From a virus, in the IMG/VR virus record IMGVR_UViG_3300020048_000052, positions 1 through 64,000 of that record: a DNA stretch of 64,000 bases; one strand, written 5' to 3'. The notes below the pieces were generated by a model. The model made no database searches. It was not told the origin of the DNA and saw only the letters and a list, made by a program, of their open reading frames with translations. The position numbers and the translations under genes are program-made. Positions 9,143 through 19,032 of this stretch are shown here, piece by piece; the first letter of the stretch is position 1, and the number at the start of each line of letters is the position of its first letter.

Positions 9143-10345
9143 TTAAAAAGGACTTACATCCTCGCCGCATTCAGGGCATGTTTTACTATCAGCAGGAATA
9201 TCTTTTCCGCAAGATGGGCATTCGATTATTTCTTCTTCTTCAAATTCAGCCTCGCAGTGAGGGCAAACGCTTGCATCTTCATCAATCATCTTACCGCATG
9301 AAGGGCATTCAACTTGAGGTTTAGCTTTTGGCTTTTCGGTTTTCTTAACAACCTTTTTGTTTGAAGGAGCTGGTTTTTCATCGTCAGAATCGTCATCCTT
9401 TTTAGCAGGTTTTTCGGTTTTCTTAACTGCTTTTGCATCCTTCTTAACTGGTTTTTTGTCAGCCTTTTCTTCAGATTTTGAAGATTTTTTAGAAGATTCT
9501 TCCTTAGAATCGTCAGCCTTTTCATTTTGTCCACCGGTACGATCAAGTTCTTTTGGGTCAAAATCATCAGCAGCAGAAAGGTCAAGGCCAAGGTCGTCAG
9601 CATCATATACAAGCGATTCCCTGATGATATATGCAACTTTAGCCTCGTCTGTAATTTCTGTCAAAATTGAAAGGTCAAGGCCTTCGCCATCAAGCAGCTC
9701 CTGAATTTCTTCAGTAACTTCAGCCTTATTCCAAGTGGCATCATACATTTCACTCGCCTGTGCATCTTTATCAAATACCAATTTGAAAGCATATGGGTTT
9801 TTGAAAGGATTACCTTCCTCTTCACCTTCCTCTTCAATCTGGTCTTCAATAACCTTTGTGATTTTTTTGCCGAGCGATTTGGGAGCAGTAAGCTTCAATA
9901 CCTTTTCTGGCTTTGCATTGTTGATTACGCCAAACAGATATTCTGTTTTATATGAAAGATTTTTCTTCCAACCATAACCTTCAGCGCCGATAATTTCTCC
10001 CTTGTTATACTCTACTTCTTCATCGCCTTCACCAACGCGAAGGATAATTTCATCGTTGTCGATATCCTCATCATCTCTAAGTGCTTTACGTAGCTGGCAG
10101 ATAAGACAAGATTTTACATCTTCGTGAATAATCATCGCCATGTAAACTTTCTTAACCTTTTTATTATCTTCCATTACGTTTGCATAAACCGGAAAATAAT
10201 GTGCATCTCTTTTGAAAATTCCGCTTGCTGGATGCAGCCAAACAATCGCCTTGCCAAGTTCTTTCAAATCAAGGCTTTCCATATCTCCACCGCGGGGCTT
10301 GGTGTCTTTCATAAATTCGTCGATACCCATTTTACCTTTTGCCAT
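9143..10345 (-). CDS. Probable single-stranded DNA-binding protein (gp32-like) with Lys/acidic linker and two C-terminal double zinc ribbons
   Basis: Position next to recA; core with CLIC; acidic tail ending in PF; CPSC-x-CPHC and CPSC-x-CPEC. SSB call rests on context. Confidence 0.5.
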   Translation of the reverse strand: MAKGKMGIDEFMKDTKPRGGDMESLDLKELGKAIVWLHPASGIFKRDAHYFPVYANVMEDNKKVKKVYMAMIIHEDVKSCLICQLRKALRDDEDIDNDEIILRVGEGDEEVEYNKGEIIGAEGYGWKKNLSYKTEYLFGVINNAKPEKVLKLTAPKSLGKKITKVIEDQIEEEGEEEGNPFKNPYAFKLVFDKDAQASEMYDATWNKAEVTEEIQELLDGEGLDLSILTEITDEAKVAYIIRESLVYDADDLGLDLSAADDFDPKELDRTGGQNEKADDSKEESSKKSSKSEEKADKKPVKKDAKAVKKTEKPAKKDDDSDDEKPAPSNKKVVKKTEKPKAKPQVECPSCGKMIDEDASVCPHCEAEFEEEEIIECPSCGKDIPADSKTCPECGEDVSPF

Positions 10346-10359
10346 TTGAACTTCACTCC

Positions 10360-10584
10360 TTATTTATTTAATTCTTTTTCAATTTTTTCAGAAAGCCTTA
10401 ACGCAGTGTTAGCAGCTTCTTCAGGGTCATCAGCATAAACTTTAATAGAATATTTTTTTGTCCCTTTAGAATCTGTTTCAATCTGAACAGAAGACTGCGA
10501 CCTTACCAAAGTTACTTCGGGCTGTCCTGTTTTAGGCTCTACTACTGCCTCGTCATCCTGATTTTTCTTTACCTTCTTCTCCAT
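10360..10584 (-). CDS. Hypothetical protein (74 aa)
   Basis: ORF with RBS, coupled to neighbours. Confidence 0.7.
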   Translation of the reverse strand: MEKKVKKNQDDEAVVEPKTGQPEVTLVRSQSSVQIETDSKGTKKYSIKVYADDPEEAANTALRLSEKIEKELNK

Positions 10585-11222
10585 TAATCCTCACCCCCTT
10601 TATTTGGAGTAACAACTATCTTTTTCTTTTCAGAAAGCCTACCTTGTGTCTGCAACATTGATTTTTTACTTTCAAATTGTGCAGCCAAAGATTTAAGAAG
10701 TTCTACAGCCGTTTCCAATTCCCTTTTTTCTCTTAATAACCGCTTATATTCTGGAACATGAAGGACAATCCAATTTTCAATTTTCTCCTTAGTGATTTGC
10801 CCATTCAATTTCTTTTCCTTCCTCATTTTTTCCAATTCCTCTGAAGCACGAGTAGCCAATGTAGCATATTTGACCCGGAAGGTGAGGTCGTTAAATTTTG
10901 CTAATTTTTCTTTGGCTATAACATAAATCTGTGTTGCTTTAAATGCCCATTCGGGAGCAGCATCTATTGCTTCTGAAAGAATATCTGGGTCCAATCTTGA
11001 CTTACCAACTTTGATATGTTTCTTGAGCTGTTCATAAACATCTTCAATATTTATTTGGTTTAAGTCTTTAATCAAAAACCCAAACCTTGTAACAGGCTCG
11101 TCTAAATCTTCATTATCAAGACCAGAATCATCAATTTCTTCAGATTTTTCGAATGCATCTTCATCTAAAGTTTTAGTTTTTTTAAGAACTTTTTTAGTTC
11201 CGCCAATTTTTACTTCAGGCAT
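10584..11222 (-). CDS. Helical protein, possible UvsY-like recombination mediator
   Basis: Long amphipathic helices; context with SSB/RecA; the function is inferred. Confidence 0.4.
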   Translation of the reverse strand: MPEVKIGGTKKVLKKTKTLDEDAFEKSEEIDDSGLDNEDLDEPVTRFGFLIKDLNQINIEDVYEQLKKHIKVGKSRLDPDILSEAIDAAPEWAFKATQIYVIAKEKLAKFNDLTFRVKYATLATRASEELEKMRKEKKLNGQITKEKIENWIVLHVPEYKRLLREKRELETAVELLKSLAAQFESKKSMLQTQGRLSEKKKIVVTPNKGGED

Positions 11223-11233
11223 AATATCACCCC

Positions 11234-11935
11234 TTAAGCATATGAAAGGTCATCAAAGACAACCGGGATTTGGACTTTCATTTCGTCCAACAAAGGTTTA
11301 GCTACTTGCACCATCTGTGGATGAGGTTTTCCAGTAGTACCTAATGCGCGAAGCCTAAAGAAATGCCTCCACTCTCTTAAGTCCATTGTAACAACGATAT
11401 CAGACTTGACAGAATGTAATAGCACCGAACGTGCCAATTGTGCAGGACAACCAGAATTTACAAGCGATATGTAGTGCCTTTCAGAGTCTTCGATAGCACC
11501 TAACCATTCAGAAATCCAGTAATTAACAAGTTCTGCAGTTACAAGAATCTGTTCATTATTAACTGGATGCTTATAGGTCTTACCAACTTCTGCTTCCATA
11601 ATTTCACGAATATCAATTACGGTAATTTCTGAGCCGCTTTTTTCTTTACCATAATTGCAATACCTTGTAGATTCTTGTGCATATGAAGCAATACGGTGCC
11701 GAACAATTTCATGTGTAACTCCTCTATCTACAGTAAAAGTTACAGTTACAAAATGATGTTCAATCATTGCCTCGTGGCCGCTTTTAATTAAAGAAGCAAC
11801 GAACTTTTTTGCCGACTCATCAGTTATTTTATCCTCAGATTTATAGCAAGTTCTACCTGCTTTTTCGATTTTTCTAAGGATAGCTAAACCATCAATGCCT
11901 TCTTCTATTGCGAAGCCAGGTTTAATAATCTGCAT
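11234..11935 (-). CDS. thyX: Flavin-dependent thymidylate synthase (canonical)
   Basis: AGRTCYKS, GHEAMIEH, THEIVRHRIASYAQESTRY, ARSVL, REWRHF, HPQM. Confidence 0.95.
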   Translation of the reverse strand: MQIIKPGFAIEEGIDGLAILRKIEKAGRTCYKSEDKITDESAKKFVASLIKSGHEAMIEHHFVTVTFTVDRGVTHEIVRHRIASYAQESTRYCNYGKEKSGSEITVIDIREIMEAEVGKTYKHPVNNEQILVTAELVNYWISEWLGAIEDSERHYISLVNSGCPAQLARSVLLHSVKSDIVVTMDLREWRHFFRLRALGTTGKPHPQMVQVAKPLLDEMKVQIPVVFDDLSYA

Positions 11936-11958
11936 TTTAACCCCTCCTTTATAATATA

Positions 11959-11987
11959 ATTATATCAGTCTAGTAACAAAAATTAAC
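11959..11987 (-). promoter_or_regulatory. Conserved phage promoter GTTAAT-N14-TGATATAAT
   Basis: Exact consensus match upstream of thyX. Confidence 0.8.
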
Positions 11988-12003
11988 ACGGAATGAATTA
12001 AAT

Positions 12004-15000
12004 TTATATCAAATCGTCCATCAAAATAACCTTTTTTCTTTCATCGTCCTCATCTATATAAAAACAAGGTTCATCATTTTTACTCTTACCAGGTTTAACT
12101 TTAATCGCAACTATATTTCCTTCTTTAAGCAAATCTTTATATGGAGTATACATCTCTGGCCATACAGTGATACTTGCCTTTGTTTCATCCTTGCCTTGAA
12201 TATCTACAAAACACATTGTACCTTTAGAAATTTTATATGGATAAGCTTTAGTAACTATGCCATAAAGTGTTCCTCGTTTCCATTTCTTACCTTTGGCAAG
12301 TTCGCTAACTTCTTTAATACCTTTTTTCTGGATAACATCGCCATATTTATCTAAAGGGTTAGCACTAAAATAAAACCCAAACAAATCTTTTTCCAAAGCC
12401 ATTTTTTCATCAAAAGTCAAATCCTCTTGTCCCATTTCTTCTTCAACTTTTGCCAATATTTTTGAAAAATTCTTTTTACCGCCATTATTCCACCTTGTAT
12501 ATGCTTCCAATAACGTTTTCCTATGCTGATATAGAGAATCGAAAGACCCTGTCTGGATTAAAGCCTCCACAACCCTCTTATTAACTAACCTCCACTGCAT
12601 GTCAGCTCCAAAGAATGACTCTAGCGAGGTGTATGGTTGGTGTGCGACAATTTCAGGAACTGCAGCCTCTCCAACACCTTTAATAAACGTTAAAGAAGGA
12701 ATAATCGTTTTATCATCTTTCGGTACCCAATCGATTCCGGATATGGAGATGTCGGGCGTACCAATCTCTAATTTCATTTCTGAAATTGCCATTTTAACGT
12801 ATTTTTCTATTTTGTTTTCACCAGTTTTATGCCCTGCTTTACCTTTCTTTTCCTCATTTTTTGTCCTGCTTAGGAATGCAGCTGCATAGTCTGCTGGATA
12901 GTAATGTTTCAAGAACATATTTTGCATAGCTATTATAGCATAACTACAACTGTGAGATTTATTAAAAGAATAATCAGCTGCGGATGCCATAGCATCAACA
13001 AGCTTTTGTAGTTTTTCATATGCCAATCCAGTTTTTTGATGAGCACCTTCTTTAAAATGTTCAATCATATCATAGAATTTTTTAAGATTTTCAGGAGATG
13101 CAGTAGACGCTTTGTTTATATACTTTATTGTTTTTCTTGATTTATCAGCTTCAACCATTGTAAAACCGCCAACTCTATGCATTAAAGCCATTTGCTGTTC
13201 TTGATAAACCAAAACATTATATGTCGGCCCTAACACTGCCTCAATCTCTGGATGCATATAGTCAATATCATCTGAATGCCTATTTTCGATAATCATATCA
13301 ACACCGCCAGCTCTTAATGTACCGGGGCGATATGCAGCATTAACAATAATTAAATCTTCAAATCGTTGCGGCTGAATGTCTTTTATAAACTTTGTAATAC
13401 CTGATGATTCGAACTGAAATATTCCAGCTGTATGACCTTGCCTAAATCGTTCTAACAGTTTGTCGTCTTCAAGGTCTATTGCATCAATGTCAATATTTAT
13501 TCCTTTTCTTCTTTTAACAGATTGTAATGCTCGATTAAGAATAGTACAGTTATTTAATCCCAAAATATCAAACTTAAGTAACCCTATATCTGATATTTCA
13601 CGAATATCTCCACCTTCTTGTAAGCCTGTAACGATTTGTCCTGATGCTCTATTAATAGGTGCTAATTCTTCCATTTTTCCAGGAGTTACAACAACGCCTG
13701 AAGCATGCATTGAATAGTTCCTTACTTTACCTTCATAGAACTTACAAGCCTCAAAAAATTCTGTATTATTTTCTACAAACTCTTTAATATCTGGTGCTGG
13801 AGTTTCGCGAATTTCAACTTCTTCGCCTTTTCGCATTCGCTTAATACAAGATACACCCATTATTCTATCCAAATTTTGCTGAATAGTCTGGTCATCATTA
13901 CACAATTTTTTGAATTTATCTATAATTCCCCACGGTAAGCCAAATACCTTAGATAATTCTCCAATTACACTTTTACAACCCCAAGTACCAAACGACATTA
14001 TATGAGCAACTTTTTCAGGACCATTTTTCTTTATTAACAGCTCCTCAATTTCATATCTTCTTTCGCTGTCAAAGTCAAGGTCAATATCTGGCGGGTCGGC
14101 ACGTTCTTCGTTCAAAAACCTTTCAAAGAATAATCCATATCTTATTGGGTCAACCTTTGTTATTTCTAACAACCATGATATAAGAGCACCTGCAGCACTA
14201 CCTCTACCTGGACCTTTGAATAAGTCAGTTTCAACGCAATAGTCTGTAAATTCTGAAACAATTAAGAAGTAATCTGCATATCCTTTTCCGACTATTACTG
14301 GAAATTCCTTATTAAAACGGTCTTTATAATCTTGTTCAGTAAATCCCGGTGCAGGAAGTAATCCTTGCCGTTTTCTTTTGTTATAACCTCTAATACATTT
14401 CCTTTTTAATTCTGCATTAGCGTCAAAGTTTGGTTCCATACTAAACCTTGGGAATTTAAGAACGCCAGTCTCCATTTCGAAATCAGTTCTATCATAAATT
14501 TCCATTGTCTTATGTAAACCTGAAATAATATCTTTTCTGTCAATTCCATAATCCCATTTCATTGCAGAATGTATTATTTCATTAGAATCTTTTAGATATA
14601 ATTCTCTAGTACTATATCTAAATTTTGAAGGTTCTGCAATAGAACCGCCGTAATACATATCCTTAAAATAATCATGATACTGCACGTGTTCTTTTCTTGC
14701 ATAATGTGCATCAAGACCAACAATCCAAGGTATTCCTAATTCCTTTGCAAATTCAAGAATTTTATTGGTGCAATATCTCTGTATTTCAAGTTCGTTAAAA
14801 TGGAGTTCCACATAAAACCTATCACCAAAAGCATCTCTATAATCACTAAGAAGCTGTTTAGCGGCTTTATCCTGACCACACCTTATATAATAATTAAACT
14901 TCGATGCCAAGCAAGCAGACGTTGCAATTTGATGCTTAGAAGCTTCGTTCAATATATATTCGTGAGTTAATCTGGGGCGTTTATAAAACCCGTCCCTAAA

Positions 15001-15729
15001 TCCTTTTGCATTAGTCATTAGCAATTCATGATACGCTTCCTTTGTTGGAGAAAGCAGGACTAAATGGCCATAATCGTCATCCAAATAACCACTATCTATA
15101 GCCTCATCATCTTTTTTCCTTTTTTGCCTTTCAAGTGAAGCTTCAATTTTCAATTCGATATTGTCATCAGTATAAATCTCATTACCAAGAATTGGTTTGA
15201 TTGAATAATCTGGACGGTCTGAATCTTTAAAAGCCTTACAAGCTTTATAAAATTTCAAAGCACTTGACATGTTTCCATGCTCTGTTACTGTTGCACCTGG
15301 GAGACCTAATTCAGCAACTCTATTAATATATTCATCAATAGACATTACAGAATCTTTTGTTGAATAATCTGTATGATTATGTACCGGAATAAATGGTATT
15401 GTGTCGATAGTAGGCATAGGGACTTTTCTAGCACTAATCATACCAGAATATTTTTTGTCCATAATAGGTATAATCTTTTCGACTGCTTTTTTAGCTTTTT
15501 CGACCTGTTTGTCAATATCTGATGTCTTCTTAACCTTTTTAACAACTTTCTTAACTGGAGGTTCTGGCTGTTTTACAACCTTTTTAATCTTTTTTACTGA
15601 CAATTTATTCACCTCTTTAATGCAGGCCCTGTCGCATTCCATGCAGTCAAGATATACGACAGGGCCATTTATGATTGGGCAAAACCTACTCATTAACTTT
15701 AAATACAAGCTTATGCATACTATGCCCAT
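12004..15729 (-). CDS. dnaE: DNA polymerase III alpha subunit (family C); true start probably about 15693 (ATG) or 15603 (TTG)
   Basis: PHP motifs HNHTDYS/TEHG/DAHY, GPGRGSAAG, PPDIDLDFD, HASG, KFDILG, YSFNKSH and C-terminal OB fold. Confidence 0.95.
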   Translation of the reverse strand: MGIVCISLYLKLMSRFCPIINGPVVYLDCMECDRACIKEVNKLSVKKIKKVVKQPEPPVKKVVKKVKKTSDIDKQVEKAKKAVEKIIPIMDKKYSGMISARKVPMPTIDTIPFIPVHNHTDYSTKDSVMSIDEYINRVAELGLPGATVTEHGNMSSALKFYKACKAFKDSDRPDYSIKPILGNEIYTDDNIELKIEASLERQKRKKDDEAIDSGYLDDDYGHLVLLSPTKEAYHELLMTNAKGFRDGFYKRPRLTHEYILNEASKHQIATSACLASKFNYYIRCGQDKAAKQLLSDYRDAFGDRFYVELHFNELEIQRYCTNKILEFAKELGIPWIVGLDAHYARKEHVQYHDYFKDMYYGGSIAEPSKFRYSTRELYLKDSNEIIHSAMKWDYGIDRKDIISGLHKTMEIYDRTDFEMETGVLKFPRFSMEPNFDANAELKRKCIRGYNKRKRQGLLPAPGFTEQDYKDRFNKEFPVIVGKGYADYFLIVSEFTDYCVETDLFKGPGRGSAAGALISWLLEITKVDPIRYGLFFERFLNEERADPPDIDLDFDSERRYEIEELLIKKNGPEKVAHIMSFGTWGCKSVIGELSKVFGLPWGIIDKFKKLCNDDQTIQQNLDRIMGVSCIKRMRKGEEVEIRETPAPDIKEFVENNTEFFEACKFYEGKVRNYSMHASGVVVTPGKMEELAPINRASGQIVTGLQEGGDIREISDIGLLKFDILGLNNCTILNRALQSVKRRKGINIDIDAIDLEDDKLLERFRQGHTAGIFQFESSGITKFIKDIQPQRFEDLIIVNAAYRPGTLRAGGVDMIIENRHSDDIDYMHPEIEAVLGPTYNVLVYQEQQMALMHRVGGFTMVEADKSRKTIKYINKASTASPENLKKFYDMIEHFKEGAHQKTGLAYEKLQKLVDAMASAADYSFNKSHSCSYAIIAMQNMFLKHYYPADYAAAFLSRTKNEEKKGKAGHKTGENKIEKYVKMAISEMKLEIGTPDISISGIDWVPKDDKTIIPSLTFIKGVGEAAVPEIVAHQPYTSLESFFGADMQWRLVNKRVVEALIQTGSFDSLYQHRKTLLEAYTRWNNGGKKNFSKILAKVEEEMGQEDLTFDEKMALEKDLFGFYFSANPLDKYGDVIQKKGIKEVSELAKGKKWKRGTLYGIVTKAYPYKISKGTMCFVDIQGKDETKASITVWPEMYTPYKDLLKEGNIVAIKVKPGKSKNDEPCFYIDEDDERKKVILMDDLI

Positions 15730-16219
15730 TTACAAAAATCATTGCAACATCTATATTTAATTTGTCTTGTAAAGCTCTTGTTATTTTATGCACTAAGTAC
15801 ATATCAGAAAATAATTTCTGTTCAACTTCAGAGCTTCTTAGGTGTACATAGCAGTAAATTTTTGAATCCCGAACGAGATAGTGAATTAAACTGATACAAC
15901 AGTCATCCGACCATAAAACTCTTCTGGAATGCAAATCTTCATCAAATAATGAAAACTTTGATAAAAGTTCATTTTCGATTTTACTGTATTCTTCCTTTTC
16001 CAGTTCCTCGATGCTTTTCAAGTCTATCTTGTGACTATTATAATATTCAACCATATTTTTCTTAATATCAGCAATATCAATTTGACTGTTATAAGAAATA
16101 TTAAAACTATGATTGAGGACTTCAATAGTACCTTGTCCGTCAACTAAGACAGGCTTTCCTTTTTCAACTACAAACAATTGAAGATTTTCAATCACTTGCC
16201 TTAAACCTAATCCATGCAT
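15686..16219 (-). CDS. Minimal thymidylate-synthase (ThyA)-fold protein, candidate pyrimidine-modifying enzyme
   Basis: SRR...CCISLIHYLVRD...VHLRSSE...LFSD aligns with the TS core RR...PC...Q...RSxD...N, with Asp at the specificity Asn position. Confidence 0.6.
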   Translation of the reverse strand: MHGLGLRQVIENLQLFVVEKGKPVLVDGQGTIEVLNHSFNISYNSQIDIADIKKNMVEYYNSHKIDLKSIEELEKEEYSKIENELLSKFSLFDEDLHSRRVLWSDDCCISLIHYLVRDSKIYCYVHLRSSEVEQKLFSDMYLVHKITRALQDKLNIDVAMIFVNGHSMHKLVFKVNE

Positions 16220-16237
16220 ATTAGTCTCTCCTTGTTA

Positions 16238-16272
16238 TAAAATGGGCCAATGGCGCAAAGCTCATTGGCCCA
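16238..16272 (-). terminator. Hairpin / weak intrinsic terminator
   Basis: TGGGCCAATG/CATTGGCCCA stem. Confidence 0.65.
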
Positions 16273-16284
16273 CCTTATTAAAAT

Positions 16285-17340
16285 TTAGTCTTCCATAAAC
16301 CTTGCTTTTTCAATATCGGGAAGGCTATCAAAAGTTTCGAAATTAGGCCATTCATCGGGCCTTGTAATATGAATACCGAGCTGTTCCTCAAGGTCCTTAT
16401 AGTTTGTGCATGTTTCATTAAACTCCGCATAGTCATTGCTGTCGGGACATGAATTCCTTCCACACTCCTTAAACAAACAGCCAAACATTTCAGACAGTGT
16501 ATAAGATTTGTGGTACTGGCATTTGCCTGCCCAATCACAACCAGGTCTTAAAAATGAACCAAGCAACGGATATGCTTCCGACACAGCCCTAGCTGTTTGC
16601 CATGCAATAGCAACTGTATCTTCCATTTCGCAGAATTTCATTCTGGTACTGCACATATTCCTCAATGCCATAAAGTTAATCGAAAACGAAAAACCATAAA
16701 CTACATAAAGAGGTAGTACACAGCGAGCTGCCTGCCAAGAACCTTTACCAACGTCAACAATATCTGCATATGTCTGTTTAACATCGCACATAACACGCTT
16801 GATATTCCAAAAAATATTGCATTTGTCAATTGCTTTTTGCTGCTCTGCTGTAGGTGTTTTGATGATATTACTGCGCCATTCATCGAAAATTTGAATTTCA
16901 TCTTCTGTTGGCCAAAGTGCAGTTGGAATCCTTATTGAAGCATCTTTCCAATTGTTATCCCTCATACCTCTTGCAGAAAATACAACACCAAGTCTTGCTC
17001 TTGCAATCTGATCGAATGCCGCACGTGATGGCCCTTCTACTGCAAAAGCAAATTGAGGTACTTCCAATGCCAATGGTAACGCTTGGCCTCTTAAAGCTGC
17101 CTTAACAACTTCAAATCTGTTTTCAGGCGATGTCATTTCCCATTTATCTACCTCTTTACCCCAGCATGTAGTAGCCAGAATATACATTGGTTTATAAGGG
17201 TTTGCAATGACAGATTCGATAAGTTTTACCGAAATTCCTTCAACACCTTTTAAAAATTTTGTTTCAAGTTTTGGGTCTTGGTCTGGAAGTGTCCCCATAA
17301 CTCTCCTAAGTTCATTGATACGCGTAGTTTCGTTACTCAT
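16285..17340 (-). CDS. Divergent second ThyX-family flavoprotein
   Basis: LALEVPQFAFAVEGPSRAAFDQIARARLG (RHR changed to RAR), WQAARCVLP, Cys-rich C-terminus. Confidence 0.75.
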   Translation of the reverse strand: MSNETTRINELRRVMGTLPDQDPKLETKFLKGVEGISVKLIESVIANPYKPMYILATTCWGKEVDKWEMTSPENRFEVVKAALRGQALPLALEVPQFAFAVEGPSRAAFDQIARARLGVVFSARGMRDNNWKDASIRIPTALWPTEDEIQIFDEWRSNIIKTPTAEQQKAIDKCNIFWNIKRVMCDVKQTYADIVDVGKGSWQAARCVLPLYVVYGFSFSINFMALRNMCSTRMKFCEMEDTVAIAWQTARAVSEAYPLLGSFLRPGCDWAGKCQYHKSYTLSEMFGCLFKECGRNSCPDSNDYAEFNETCTNYKDLEEQLGIHITRPDEWPNFETFDSLPDIEKARFMED

Positions 17341-17369
17341 AATATCCTCCTTTATTGGTTTATAATATT

Positions 17370-17398
17370 ATTATATCACAAAAGAATCATTTATTAAC
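17370..17398 (-). promoter_or_regulatory. Conserved phage promoter GTTAAT-N14-TGATATAAT
   Basis: Exact consensus match. Confidence 0.8.
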
Positions 17399-17420
17399 AC
17401 ATTATAGACGGCAATTTTCT

Positions 17421-18554
17421 TTATATAAATACCTTTTTATTACGATTTTCATAGTATGCTTGGTTTATTGGCTGATATCTACTAAAGCAATTATCACATT
17501 TTCCGGAACAGAATGTTTTGTTGAAATTTCTTTTCCATATTTTTATAATGCTTTCAGAATTAACATTGCCAAGGCCTGTAAATGAAGTTTGTCTTTCCAT
17601 TAAGCAATCGCTGAACTTTTGCAATTCCCAAAATGTTCTTTCTCCATATTCATCTGTATCATCAGCAATCATCTCGCACGGAAATACATTTCCATCAGAA
17701 CCTATAGCTAAATGAATTTTATTTATGATGCATGGATAATTACCGAATGTCACTTTTCTAACATCTTCATCTTGTGAATATGCCTGTATAAGGCTGTCAT
17801 AAAGAAACTGCAAATTGTTTTCGGGTATTCTTTTGTGATAGTTCTTACTTATCATATCGTTTAGTTGTTCTAAAATTATTTCAATTTCATCTCTACCAAT
17901 ACAGAGGTTTCCATCACCGTGCATAGGATAAATCATAAGTCTATAGATATTATTTTCTGCAGAAAACTTAATAATGTCGCGAATGTCCATGCAATTACTT
18001 TTCTGTATTGTGAAATTTATTCCAACCTCTTTTTGATGCTCTTGAGCCTTTCTAACGTTAGGCAAAATCGTTCCATATAAATTATCGAGGCCCCTAATAA
18101 AAGTGTATCTAGCAGGGTCTAGAGAATCAATAGAAAAGCGTATCCACCTTAAGCTTGCCAATTTCGAAAAATCGAAATTCTTTTTAAAATTACCTGTGCA
18201 AATAATTCCAAGGTCAAAATTTCTTTTCATATCCAGAATTTTATCAAAATCTGGATGGAGAATTGGGTCACCGCCAGTTAAGCAGATTGACTCTACTTCA
18301 TTTTCATTACAGTCATCCCATATTTCTTTTAAAATAGAAATGTCCAAATTATTGCGATTTTTAGTTTTCCAATGACCGCACATATTACACCGGTTGACGC
18401 AGTAGTCAGTAACTAAAATATGCAACGATATCGGGCCTTTCAAAGCTTCTTTTTCAATAAGCTTTACATACGGCAATATTTTCTTAACTGTCTTTTCTCT
18501 AACTACATCCATGTTAAAGCACCTCCTGATTATATTTATAAGGGCAACCATCAT
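17421..18554 (-). CDS. Radical SAM enzyme with SPASM/twitch domain (likely start about 18512)
   Basis: CVNRCNMC, LTGGDP, RFSIDS, C...GNVFPCE...LGNV...CDNC. Confidence 0.9.
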   Translation of the reverse strand: MMVALINIIRRCFNMDVVREKTVKKILPYVKLIEKEALKGPISLHILVTDYCVNRCNMCGHWKTKNRNNLDISILKEIWDDCNENEVESICLTGGDPILHPDFDKILDMKRNFDLGIICTGNFKKNFDFSKLASLRWIRFSIDSLDPARYTFIRGLDNLYGTILPNVRKAQEHQKEVGINFTIQKSNCMDIRDIIKFSAENNIYRLMIYPMHGDGNLCIGRDEIEIILEQLNDMISKNYHKRIPENNLQFLYDSLIQAYSQDEDVRKVTFGNYPCIINKIHLAIGSDGNVFPCEMIADDTDEYGERTFWELQKFSDCLMERQTSFTGLGNVNSESIIKIWKRNFNKTFCSGKCDNCFSRYQPINQAYYENRNKKVFI

Positions 18555-19032
18555 CAGAAATTTCCAAATGCATAACTGGAACGTTATTTCTTATCATAGC
18601 TTCCTTTAACTTGCATTCTGCAATTTGTTCTTTGCCTGCCTTACATTTCATACAGACAAGCAAAGCATATTCACAAATTTCATAAAAATCTTCTGTAACA
18701 ACAACCATATTTGATTCTATTTTTTCCATTTCTTTAAATTCCCTAATGGCTTCAGTCTTTTGTTTTACTATTATTTCAAGTTTTTTCATTTCATTTATTA
18801 CATCATGCTTATATTTGTCATCAAGATTTTGAAAGTACCAATCTATAACTTTTAGGCAGAATGACCTTGACATTTTCATAAACTTAATTACAGACTTTGG
18901 TCTTTTAAGTTCTTCAAACTTGATAATCAAATTATTCATGAAGTCAACGAGAGTCCCTAAAATAATAGTATTATATCTGTCTTCCTTATTTAGATATCGT
19001 TTCATCTTTATCAACTCCTGAAAATAAATCAT
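18514..19032 (-). CDS. DUF5651-like protein
   Basis: MKRYLNKEDR N-terminus and C-x2-C...C...VP...CPY C-terminus. Confidence 0.6.
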   Translation of the reverse strand: MIYFQELIKMKRYLNKEDRYNTIILGTLVDFMNNLIIKFEELKRPKSVIKFMKMSRSFCLKVIDWYFQNLDDKYKHDVINEMKKLEIIVKQKTEAIREFKEMEKIESNMVVVTEDFYEICEYALLVCMKCKAGKEQIAECKLKEAMIRNNVPVMHLEISDDGCPYKYNQEVL

